In this document: positions 39,211 through 50,245 of the stretch, piece after piece
Numbering within the stretch: position 1 is the stretch's first letter
How the letters are laid out: every line of letters starts with the position of its first letter
Source of the DNA: Eledone cirrhosa
Lineage: Eukaryota
NCBI GenBank assembly: GCA_964016885.1
Contig: OZ024741.1
Coordinates: forward strand, 294,438,001-294,502,000
Reading direction: 5' to 3'
DNA: 64,000 nt
Position numbers and translations under genes: made by a program
Notes under the pieces: model-generated
Databases searched by the model: none
Seen by the model: only the letters and a program-made list of their open reading frames with translations
Told to the model about the DNA's origin: nothing

Positions 39211-39746
39211 TTACTTACACACATATACACACACACACATATATGTGTATATATATATATATGTGTGTATATATCTATATATATATCTATATATATATAT
39301 ATATATATGTGGGGGGGGGGGGGGGCGTGAATGTGTCTGTTGACACCTGGAATATAGCTTAAGAGAAACTTGAAGATAATGATATGATAGGCACCCAATA
39401 TTTTAAACAGGTCTATAGAATTCTCTTGGCCTTTGTCACACTAAGTAGAACTTTAAAGAATTAGCTTTTAAAGAATTTCCCTTTTCTTTAAATCCATCAA
39501 CCATGACCAACCCCCAACGATCTTATAGCTTAAGATAAACTTAAAAATAAGGACTGGCACCCCATTCTGAACTTGTTTATAGAATTCTTTCTGCCTTTGT
39601 CACTCTAAATATAAATTATAGCTTTAAAGAATTAGATTTTAATGAATTCCCTTTTCTATCAACCAATGACCTCTACCCATCCCACTCCCCACCCTCTCCT
39701 ACCACCTGAAAAGACCTATAAATACCACATTTATTTTTGGATAGCC

Positions 39747-39797
39747 AGATTCCTGATGATTTCTAAAGAATGAAACAGTTCTAGTCCTGTAGAATCT
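39747..39797 (+). ncRNA. Type I hammerhead motif with a real stem III
   Basis: AGATTC-CTGATGA-TTTC/TAAA/GAAT-GAAA-CAG-TTCTAGTC-CTG-TA-GAATCT gives a 6-bp stem I and a GUA cleavage triplet. Stem II is short and closed by a U-U mismatch. Confidence 0.7.
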
Positions 39798-39807
39798 CAT
39801 CTATATT

Positions 39808-39901
<94 letters not shown>

Positions 39902-40588
39902 TCTTATATTAAATAGTTTATTTGCAAAGGTATTATGGTGTTTATATAATTTTGCTTCATTTTTTTGTATTGTTATTTGTTATATTTGCTGTTATTTCCT
40001 CTCTACTTGTAAAAGTTCTCTCAAACAAAACATAAAAATGTAATATAAAAAACAAACAAATAGCTAACAAAAACAGAGAGTAAAGACAGGATTAGATATG
40101 TTCCTTGATTAAAGTAGTGAACAGCAGGCCGTGTGTGTACGTATATGTATGTGTGTCTCTGTATGAATGTGTGTGTGTGGGGGGAGTATGGGTGTGTATG
40201 TGTTTGTGTGCATGTGTTTTGATGTGTGTGTGTATGTTTTTCAATGTGTATATCTGTGTGTATTTGTGTGTGTATGTTTGTATGTATATGTTCGTCTCTG
40301 TTGCCATATTAAGCAGTTTAAGTTGTTGTTACTGTAAAGATATATAAATATTAATATATATCTTACATCAACCAACTAGACAATAGCTGTGAAGCATGTC
40401 AATATAACATCACATATTAACAATTAATCCCATAATCACTATCATTATCAACAAGTGTTATTATAAATATATTGCATCTCTAAGTGGATATATAACTAGT
40501 TAAAACTTGCACATGGATGACTGGAGTTCCCTCCCTTATCACAGTTAGTGTTGCCTAGCCACAATCGATTGCACATGGAAAAAAACCC

Positions 40589-40833
40589 TTAACCCTTTTG
40601 ATACCAATCCACCTGAAACTACACCTGGTTCTATAAAAAACACTTTGTTTTAAAGTTTTCATATTTAAATTCATAATATTTGTAAGAAACTTTTATCGGG
40701 TTATGTATCAAACATCAAGTTAATATTGTGAAGGGTATTTTACTAAATCCATAAAAATTCTTGATTATTTTCAAAATTATTTGAAATCTATTGCCAGCAT
40801 ATTTCAATAGAAGAATGGTAACAAAATGGTTAA
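40589..40833. mobile_element. TTAA-flanked piggyBac-like MITE (second family)
   Basis: TTAA-CCCTTTTGATACC...GGTAACAAAATGG-TTAA. Related pieces lie near 21435 and 61139. Confidence 0.6.
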
Positions 40834-41199
40834 CAAAATCAGAGCTAGTTGGTGGAACAACGACCTTTCATTGTTGATTCAAGTTTCTAGCCACTTGATT
40901 CTGGGAACATGTTGTCAAAAGAATTTATTGTTCAGGCATGTGGGTTACATTATAAAGATGGTGCATTACAGAGTTTATTGAAAATGATTTAACTGCTATA
41001 TTGCACAACTCCACAATCAAGGGGAAAACTTTCTATGTGGATCACTCAGAGACAGTTCACAAGATGGATGTTTAACATTTCTGTTACCATACTTCTGATG
41101 AAGTACACTGCCAATATGTTTCAATTAGTTTTGAAAATAATATGGAATTTGGTGGAACTTAGGAAACTAACCTTATTCATTATTAAGCTAATGATTAAA

Positions 41200-41588
41200 G
41201 GGGTGTGGATTGGCAGTATTGGTGGAGCTGCAGCATAGAGTTATGTCACTTTACGTTCTGTGTTCAAATCCTGTTAAGGTTAGATTTGCCTTTCAACCTT
41301 ATGAGATCAATAAAATAAAGCATCAGTAACACACTGGGGTCGATTTAATCGACTATCCCCGCCCCCACAATTGTTGGTCTTGTGCCTAAATCAGAAACCA
41401 TTTGGATTGGCAGTATCGGTAGAGGGTCGTACACTATGCTTTGACGTATAGAGTTACGGCCCTTGCCATTCTGAGTTCAAATCCCGCCGAGGTTAACTTT
41501 GCCTTTCATCCTTACGGGGTCAATAAAATAAAGTACCAGTAATACACTGGGTAATTGCTGGCCTTGTGCCTAACGTAGAAAGAATTAT
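41200..41588 (+). mobile_element. Two tandem SINE family A copies (long and short subfamilies)
   Basis: The first copy has an extra GTCGATTTAATCGACTATCCCC segment. The second matches 1184-1367. Confidence 0.85.
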
Positions 41589-42239
41589 TAAGCTAAATAT
41601 TGAAGTATAAGATCAAATTGTTCTTACATAAAACTATGGGAGTGTTTTAAAATAAGTATGAATACATTAAAATGAGCAGTTTTGTATCAAATAAACAGGG
41701 GCAATTTCAGATGAGTTAATATCAATAGGTTTAATCTGTCCAGATATATTTCCAGAAAAATTAGTTCATAGTTTGACTGCTCTACCAACTATTTTAGAAA
41801 CTCATGTTGCTGAATTAGTTTGACAGCTATATGTGACTAACTTGGGCTTAATATTACACAAGAAACAATCGCACCTGCTGAGTAACTCCAAATAGTTTTT
41901 TGTCTTTTTTTTTTGCTGTTTAGTCAGGGAGAGAAGGGAAAACCTCATAACCCTTTTCAGAGCCTCTAAAACTGGTGAGAGGCAAGGAAGGAGAAAGATC
42001 TGCTCATATTGGAGACAATATGAATACTTGCAATAGAGTGGACTATTCTAGAAGTATTCAAGACTTCTTATTACGAATTCGGCAGATGGTCTGCCAGAAC
42101 ACTTTATTTGCTGATCTGAAGTCCGATTCCAGCTTAACACCAAAGTCTTCCCATGTCTTAACTTTGGACGCCTTTACTGTCTCTGTTGTGGTTCTTCATG
42201 TTCTTTACCATCTCTGCTGCAATTATTTGCTAAGTGTGC

Positions 42240-42900
42240 TTCTGCCACCTATCTTGTTTATTATTTCCATGAACAGGATTGACATGTGCTGCCAGATTAG
42301 AAGTGGTATCATGACTGGCAAGTGTAAAATCTGTCAGCTGGAATTTGCAGATGACTTGGTGTTACTCAACTCAACTGAAAGCGATCTCTGACTTGCACTT
42401 GATAGGTTCAATGCCAAGTGCTACATGACTAGAATGAAAATCAGTGTTGCGAAAACTGAGACACTCATCATCTCAAGGAAGCCTGCACAGTGCACTCTAC
42501 ATGTGAATGGAGTTTCACTGAAGCAGGTAGAGAAGTTCAAGTATCTCAAGGCTGTGTTCTTGAATGATGGAAGGCAGCAGACTGAATTAAGTACAAGAAT
42601 TGCAGGAGATAGTGCAGTAATGTGCCAGCTTCAGCATTCAGTATTTAGAAGGAAAGTAGGTGTAAAAGCCAAACATGCTATCGTCAATTCGTTATTTATG
42701 CCAATACTTACCTATGGCCATGAATCTTGGGCAATGACCGAAAGAATATGATCATGAATACAAGCAGAAGAAATGGGATTCCTCCAAAGGGTCTTTGGTG
42801 TAATGTTACTCAGTGGAATGTGTGTAACTCAGAGATCAGAGAGTCAGTCCATTTAGTGCCACTACTCTGAATTGACAGATCACAGCCATGATACTACGGC
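42240..42900 (+). pseudogene. Degenerate RTE-like LINE reverse transcriptase
   Basis: LPPILFII...LEFADDLVL...MKISVAKTE...VEKFKYL...ILTYGHESW. Confidence 0.8.
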
Positions 42901-43519
42901 TAAACCCCAAGCAAGATGCTTTGATAACATCCATAAACTTGGCTGGTCTTGTTTGGGGATCCAGCCAGATCAGACGGAGATGGTTGTTTTTGACAGGACC
43001 CACTGCAAATACTGCAAAATATTTCCTCCAATGCTTTTATAATTTTGCTGTTGTTGTACTGCAAAATATTTCCTCCAATGCACTTATATTTCTGCTGCTG
43101 TAGTGATGATACACATTTTTAGCACTGTGTGATAGAAAGTGTTTGGCTCAAGGCTACAACACCCTGCTTGGTGTGAAAATCAATCTCATGACATTACTAC
43201 CGTGTGCCCAACACCCTAACCACTAGGTCATACACCATCACTATGTGTGTGAAAGTAAATCAATATTGTATCAATGCATGGAACTGTTTTCCATTGGTTC
43301 CTATTTGGAAGGCCCCTTTTAACACTGAAGTTAATTATGTAACCTCAATCAATATTAATTAGATTAGATGAACCACAACTGGTGTGAATAATGTCAAATT
43401 TAATCTAAATATATATATATATAGTTATGGCAGATGCTGCAGTTGTTGCTCTCCTTTCAACTGAATCTAAGCTAGCGATAGCCGTCACCTCTGTCGTAAT
43501 AATGTAGAAATGTGTCATT

Positions 43520-43975
43520 GTCACATTCTTCACTATCATTACCATTGCCATAATAATCACTGCCATCACCAATGTCATAATCACCACTATCACCAAAATC
43601 ATAATTACCATCATCATCACCACCATCACCAAAATCACCATCATCACCATCACCAAAATCATCATCATCATCACTATCATAATCACCACCATCACCAAAA
43701 CCATCATCATCATCACTATTATCATCATAATCATCACTATCGTCATCATAATCATCACCAAAAACCATCATCATCATCACTATTATCAATATTATCATCC
43801 TCATCACTATCATCATAATCACCACCATCACCATCCCTACTATCATCACTATCATCACTATCATCACCACCATCACCAAAATCATCATTACCACCATTAT
43901 GATTGACATAACTGTCACCGTCAACATTGGTATCACTACTATGAACACTGCCATCACCAACACCACCATATTCAT
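43520..43975. repeat. Degenerate (CAT/CAC)n trinucleotide repeat
   Basis: Three-base periodicity throughout. Confidence 0.9.
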
Positions 43976-44298
43976 CCTTATTATGTGTGTGTGTGTATGT
44001 ATGTATATGTGTATGTATATGTGTGTGTGTTCATCAGTGTGAATTAGAAGGCAAACATCTAATGAGCTGACTTTATTTTTACACTAATCAAAGGTTTGCA
44101 TTTTATTTCTATTTTTATTATTTATTGGTAGGCAGCGACTCCTGGTGGTGGGGGGTGGGGGTGGAGGAGGGGTTCTTTAATCTCACACCAATGTCACATC
44201 TTTGAGTTCGTTAAAGATGTTTCACACCTCAGTGAAATATTGAATGACTCAGTTAAATTACAGATGCTGATAAACTGTAATATTGTTAATTGATGTTC

Positions 44299-44335
<37 letters not shown>

Positions 44336-44989
44336 TCCCCCCCCCCACTATCTCTTGCAATCTCTCCATCCCCCCTCTATTTTGCAATCTCTCCCCACTC
44401 TCTCTCTCTCTCTTTCTTGCAATATCCCCCCCCCCCTCTCTCTCTCCACCTCTCTCTATGGCAATCTCTCTCTCTCTCTTTCTTACCCCCTCTCTCTCGT
44501 AATATACATATTTTTCTCCACTTTTTTACTATATATATATCATCATCATCATCACCACCGTTTTACGTCCAATCTTCCACACACACACACTCACACATTT
44601 TTCTCCACATCATATAAAAATGCACATTAGTGATTCTAATTACCTCCTTATTGCCATTCCTTATGTCAGCAATATCATGTATGCATTCACTCAATGGAGA
44701 CCATTTCAACCACTCAATGTAACCACATAAACATACATGACATCCAGGTGCGATGAGAGCCCAGAATATCATCCCACAGTCAACGGAATTCATTTTATTC
44801 TGGCACCATCACTAGGGATGTTGTCATATCTTTGACAGTAGTTGAAGAGTCTTGACCCTTTGTTTGGCAGGTTTTCTATGGCTGGATGTCCTTCCTATAA
44901 CCAACTACTTTACAGAGTATCTGGTTGATTGTTTACCATGTGGATCCCCAACAATAGAGAGGTTGTCTTGTCCTGGTGGATGGTCAGGT

Positions 44990-45270
44990 CATGAAAGATG
45001 TTGAAAATGTAGGATATAAATATCTAAGAATACTGGAAGCTGATAAAATCAAGAAAAGGGGAGATGATGAAGAGGTTTGAGACAGAATATTTGAGGCAAT
45101 TGAAATTAGTATTAAAGTAAGTATTAAATGGAAGGAATAAAATTCTGGCTGTGAACACATGAGCTGTGCCTGTACTATGATACAGGGCTGGAGTGTTGAA
45201 CAGAACACAAGAAGAAATACAGGCTTTAGACAGAAAAATAAAGAAAATTTTGACTGTGTCGTGCATTATT
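44990..45270 (+). pseudogene. R4/Dong-like non-LTR retrotransposon RT-thumb relic
   Basis: GYKYLRILEADKIK...LNGRNKILAVNT.AVPVL.YRAGVL...EIQALDRK. Confidence 0.65.
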
Positions 45271-45467
45271 TACCTATCAACTTTTGTGATGTCACTTGTT
45301 AAGTGTATGTGAGGATGGAACAATAAAAAAAGCTATCGAAAACTGTCAAAACCAACAATTTCTATCCTAAGTATTCAGTTGTTACTCGGTAGTCATTGTA
45401 TATAAAGTGAAATCAAAGGAAAATATTAATAATGATAATAATGGTTGGTAGATAAGTTGTACCTCCA

Positions 45468-45610
45468 TATCCTGAAAATCAAAATTGAGCATGCTTTTGC
45501 CCTTTTGCTCAACGTGTGGTTTTCGTCCATACTGAGCTCGTCTTTGGACACCTGAATTATCCTTTGACAGACAAACCGCCCCAGTCAAACTTCCCAAACA
45601 ACACTGTTCT
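45468..45610 (-). pseudogene. 28S rRNA-derived fragment
   Basis: Minus strand GGGAAGTTTGACTGGGGCGG...CTGTCAAA...CAGGTGTCC..GAGCTCAG...GAGCAAAAGGGCAAAAGC...TGATTTTCAG follows the conserved large-subunit rRNA core. Confidence 0.85.
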
Positions 45611-45820
45611 CAACTTAGCCCCAGATAAAGGCCATGGTCCCATCCCTTTTCCATCGAGTTACATACAAAATTTATAATATTCTATATACTTTGAATTGTG
45701 GTTTTGTAGGCCCAGTAGATACATCACATGCTGGTTTTTCACATCATATTTTCATGGAAAAGGTTTTGAATTATATACAGTAAATTATTTTTTTTTTTTC
45801 TTATTTATGTATATTTATGT

Positions 45821-45858
45821 CTAACAATATTTTCTTTCTTCTCTAATTACAGGTAAGT
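45821..45858 (+). other. Candidate recursive splice site (branchpoint, pyrimidine tract, CAG|GTAAGT)
   Basis: CTAAC at 45821-45825, pyrimidine tract 45830-45844, AG at 45851-45852 and consensus donor GTAAGT at 45853-45858. Confidence 0.5.
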
Positions 45859-46029
45859 TTCTACATGACAGTACTTAAAGCAGACAGTTTAACATTTTCT
45901 GGTTTGATATATTTCTTATCTTTTTTTACATCTTTCAAAGTTTTTGTAGATTGTTTGGAATGTCCTTAAAAGATATACATTTACTTATGAAGTCTGTTTA
46001 ATGTTTTTATTCAGTACAATTAATCACAA

Positions 46030-46145
46030 AACTTTCCGTCAATTTAGCATAAAACTTCCCTACGATTTAGCATAAAACTTTCCCTACCATTTAGCATTTA
46101 ATTTCCATCAATTTAGCATTCAATTTCCCACCAATTTAGCAATCA
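46030..46145. repeat. Minisatellite of about 21 bp (AAACTTCCCACCAATTTAGCAT-like)
   Basis: Five recurrences of ATTTAGCA at about 21-bp spacing. Confidence 0.8.
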
Positions 46146-46499
46146 TTCCCCCCTCAATGAGTTCCTTCTGAGTTTTAAGATGTAGATTTAAACCTAGAAT
46201 AGTATGAACCAGAGGAACAACAAATTAGTCATATATTTTGTTCTTTAATTAGATATTCAGATACGAAATAAAGTACGAGTTCCTCATAAAATTTGCAGGC
46301 TTTAGTCCCAATCACTGAAGAAAAATAAAAGAAGTTTTTTTTTTTAAATTAATTTAAAATAATATTATATTTTCTCTTTCGAAACAAAGAAATTTGTGAG
46401 AATAGGTTAATTGATTAAAACATCCTCAGTACATGATTGGTACTCTGTTTAACAAACCCCAGAAGGATGTTGGGGTATTTGTTCTGTCATATATGACAG

Positions 46500-46782
46500 G
46501 TTAGCTTGGGAGACTAAGCATTTGTGATGAATAAAAAAGGTGGTGGTAATACCAATAATAATTGGAGTCTTGGAAACAGTAAGTAGAGATCTTGAGAAGT
46601 ACATCAAACAAATAGGGATTGCAATACAGATGGAACACTTACAAAAACAGCATTAAAACAGCATAAAAACAGCATAAAAAAATAAGGGGTGTTACCTCAG
46701 TTTGCTGGTAGTGAACAGCTAACACTGTAATACATCTCCGGCATTAGAAGCTGAGTGAAGAAACAGCAATAATAATAATAAT
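46500..46782 (+). mobile_element. R4/Dong-like 3' end (restriction-like endonuclease C-terminus) ending in (TAA)n
   Basis: KKVVVIPIIIGVLETVSRDLEKYIKQIGI...EHLQK, then a short UTR and AATAATAATAAT. Confidence 0.6.
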
Positions 46783-47445
46783 TGTTTCTACTTTTGGCAC
46801 AAGGCCAGCATAGAAACAACACCACCAAAAACCATACTGCACATACCCAAGGTACACAGTGCTGCACTCAATAATGCAATGATGATGCGCAACAAAAATG
46901 AGATTAATGGTTATTATAATTGTTTCTACTTTAGGCACAAGGCCAGCAATTACCCAGTGCATTACTGGTAGTTTATAATGGTTATTATAATGATGATAAT
47001 AATAATAATTTCTTCATGGTCCACAAGTGCCCTTGATGTTAGGGACAGTACAAAACCAAAGCACATAGGTAAACAACAAAAAAGACACAGTGGGTAGGGG
47101 GTTGTATTGAAGAAAATGTTAGGGGGTTTAGCAATTAAAAATGACACATTAATAAAAACAAATTAATAAATATAACAAAGACTACATAATAGAGTAGGAT
47201 AATAATAATTGTTTCTGTCATAAGCACAATGCCAGAATTTTGATAGGAAGGGAAAGTTGATTAAATGAACCTAAGTACTTGACTGATACGTGAAGGATGA
47301 AAAGTAAAAATGACTGTATCAGTATTTTGAGATCAAAAGGTAAAGTTAGTTAACTATGTATTACAAAGTATTTGGTCCATTACTTTATTGATTCTGTATT
47401 ATATCAGAAACAAAATGGAAATTATATAATGACAGACTTCATAGG

Positions 47446-47480
<35 letters not shown>

Positions 47481-47725
47481 ATGTTAAGGTCATTATCAAA
47501 TTAGACCCAGTCCTATATAGTATTGTTGCTTTTCTTGTGTGATATTGTTTGTCTCTCCATCCACACCATACTGTAACAATGTTGAAGCTTCTCCAACCTC
47601 CTTTGCATGCTATATTCAGTTTTATTGATGTTGTTGCTGTTGTTGTTGGTATTTTTGTTGATCATTTTTTATACATACTTTTTTTTATAAGCAGTGATTT
47701 ATTATCTAATAAAATTATGTTCAGT

Positions 47726-47882
47726 CAGTGGTATAGTTAGAATTTGTGACACCTGGTGCAGTCCTTGATTTTGCTACCCCCATCCATCCCTAATGAAAAA
47801 TGCAATGCAGTAGAGCAAATAGTATCATATCCCCCACCAAAATAATTGCCTCCAGAGCATACATCCTCTGGCTATGCCACTG
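47726..47882. mobile_element. Small MITE with CAGTGGTATAG/CTATGCCACTG ends
   Basis: Imperfect terminal inverted repeats. No clear target duplication. Confidence 0.45.
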
Positions 47883-48118
47883 ACATTGGTGTACAGCAGT
47901 GCTTCCCAAAGTGTGTTCTTCAAAAGAATTCTTGGATCCCGTGACATAAGGCGTGTTTTAACAAAGTTCCATTAAAACGTATTCCTTATATATACTTATA
48001 TATAATTTTATTTGTTCATTCATTGAAGAGATTTAACAAATTTATGAATAAATAAACTTATCTATTTACTCTTTCCTTCTTCCTTTGTTGACTACTAAGA
48101 TCACTAGATGAAAACCTA

Positions 48119-48170
<52 letters not shown>

Positions 48171-48182
48171 GTGTGTGTGTAT

Positions 48183-48412
48183 GTAAAAGGTAAACAGAAA
48201 TAACAATACAATCGGTACAGTATATGGAAGGAATATATTAGTTTAACACTTGAAATATACAGAAGAGGGTCTTAACATTTCAGATGCTAGTCCTTCATCA
48301 TAAGAAAGAATGAGAAATAAGATAGATTGAAGGGATGGGTGGGGTGGAAGTGGAAAAAAATGTCTTTAGATAAAAATAACAGGTCCATTCATGTCGACAT
48401 CTCTTGGAAGTG
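48183..48412 (-). mobile_element. Hammerhead-bearing repeat H1 copy (mutated)
   Basis: GGTCTTAACATTTCAGATGCTAGTCCTTCATCATAAGA on the plus strand. Confidence 0.68.
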
Positions 48413-48577
48413 TGTGTGCATGCGTGTGTGTGTGTGTGTGAATCCTGGGTTCAATAAGTTACTCAATAAGTTACTCACAGTAAGTTACTCAATAAGTAGC
48501 AGAGTATAAATTTTTGATATAGAAATGGTTTCTACTGGACTAGAAATGTTTCATTCGAAGGAAAGTCCTGATGATTT

Positions 48578-48620
<43 letters not shown>

Positions 48621-48625
<5 letters not shown>

Positions 48626-48822
48626 AACCAGTAAGACCCCGACAGCTGAGCTCAAGCAGTTTCAACGGCTAATTCTGGACAGTCCAGAATTAGCCGTCGA
48701 AACGGCTTGAGCTCAGCCGTCGGGGTCTTATTGGTTCCTATTACCCACTCTACTACCCTAAGTATTGAGTACTTTGGTGCGTTATGGTCCACCTGGTTCC
48801 TTACCACATTTCCTTCGTTATA
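48621..48822 (+). mobile_element. Fold-back repeat family P2 with 60-bp arms and 1-nt loop
   Basis: Arms 48621-48680 and 48682-48741. The body matches the reverse complement of 4057-4140. Confidence 0.75.
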
Positions 48823-48925
48823 TATATATATATGTAAATAGGGAGAAAAAGACGATTATTAGGAAGAAAAAAATGTTCTTCCCTTTATATATATGTATAT
48901 ATATGTATGTATATATCTATGTATG

Positions 48926-49074
<149 letters not shown>

Positions 49075-49086
49075 TGTGTATGTAAA

Positions 49087-49412
49087 GGCACATGGCTTAG
49101 TGGTTAGAGCATTGGGCTTACAATCATGAAGTTATGAGTTCGGTTCCTGGACCAGGCTGTGTATTGTGTTCTCGAACAAGACACTATCTTATTTTACATT
49201 GCTCCAGTTTATTCAGCTGTAGACAACACTGGTACAAAACTGTATTAGGCTTTTCCTTTCCCTTAGAAAACATCCGTAATGTGGAGACGGGAGACTGGTA
49301 GACATAGTTGACTGCTGGTCTTCCACAAAAACACCTTGCCCAAACTTGTGCCTTGGGGGGTAACTTTCTAGGTGCAAATCCCATGGTCACTTGTGACTGA
49401 TAGGGGTCTTTA
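49087..49412 (+). mobile_element. SINE family B variant with a different 3' half
   Basis: Head as at 31117; 3' half as at 31570-31760. Confidence 0.75.
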
Positions 49413-50090
49413 CTTACTTTTTTACTATATATATCATCATCATCATCACCGTTTTACGTCCATTCTTACACACACACACACACACATATTCTTTCATTCT
49501 CTGAACCAATTTCTATTTTATTTAATTTATTTTAAAATTTTGGTAATAGGAATTGTCTATAAAATATAGGTATCGGTTCCACAGATTTTGGAAAATCCTA
49601 TAAGGGTTCCATGATTGTTTTAAAATTGCTCCAGGTTCCTGTGACTATATATGGGAACCACTAGTCTATGGACATATAGCATCTTGTAGATTTCATCTGT
49701 GAATCCTATTACAACTCTAATTTCATCAGTGTGACTTCAAATTATTTCATGCAGGTATTTATTTGTACTTGCTTTGTAGAAAGATTGTTCTTTTTCTTTC
49801 TTTCTTATTTTTTTTTAGAATTAAAATGCTGGCATACTTTCTACACACACAGGTGTGTGTATATATATCTGAACTTTTGTTTGTTGTCCTTGTGATAAAT
49901 AGGTGGAAATCCAGAGTAACAAGACTCACTACATAGCCTTAATAATATATATATATATAAGCAAAGGGATATTTAATTTGTTAGTAATTCAACAAATATA
50001 TTTATAACAGATTTGAAGCACTCGACAGATTTTCTGGAGTATAATATCAATGATATTAATAAATGGAAACTATATTTATAAAACCATATT

Positions 50091-50151
50091 TATTCTATTA
50101 TATATATTTCAAGGGTATCAAAACTTTGGTACGCCCTCATCAGATAAAATA
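50091..50151 (-). ncRNA. Type I hammerhead motif, second copy of the 2638-2802 repeat (50044-50210)
   Basis: TATTTTAT-CTGATGA-GGGCGTACC..GATACCCTT-GAAA-TATATA-TA-ATAGAATA. Confidence 0.77.
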
Positions 50152-50210
50152 CAAAATTTGTTTTATAAATAGTGATATACCCAGGAATCAGACCTTAACG
50201 ATTCAAGTTC

Positions 50211-50245
<35 letters not shown>

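Noticed and set aside
43405-43975. Asp/Gly-rich, His-rich and Met/Val-rich ORFs resembling biomineral or metal-binding proteins
   Set aside because: Several frames are open simply because of a degenerate CAT/CAC repeat, and I saw no splice or gene context.
45468-45610. Functional rRNA gene
   Set aside because: It is an isolated, diverged piece of about 140 bp with no surrounding rDNA.
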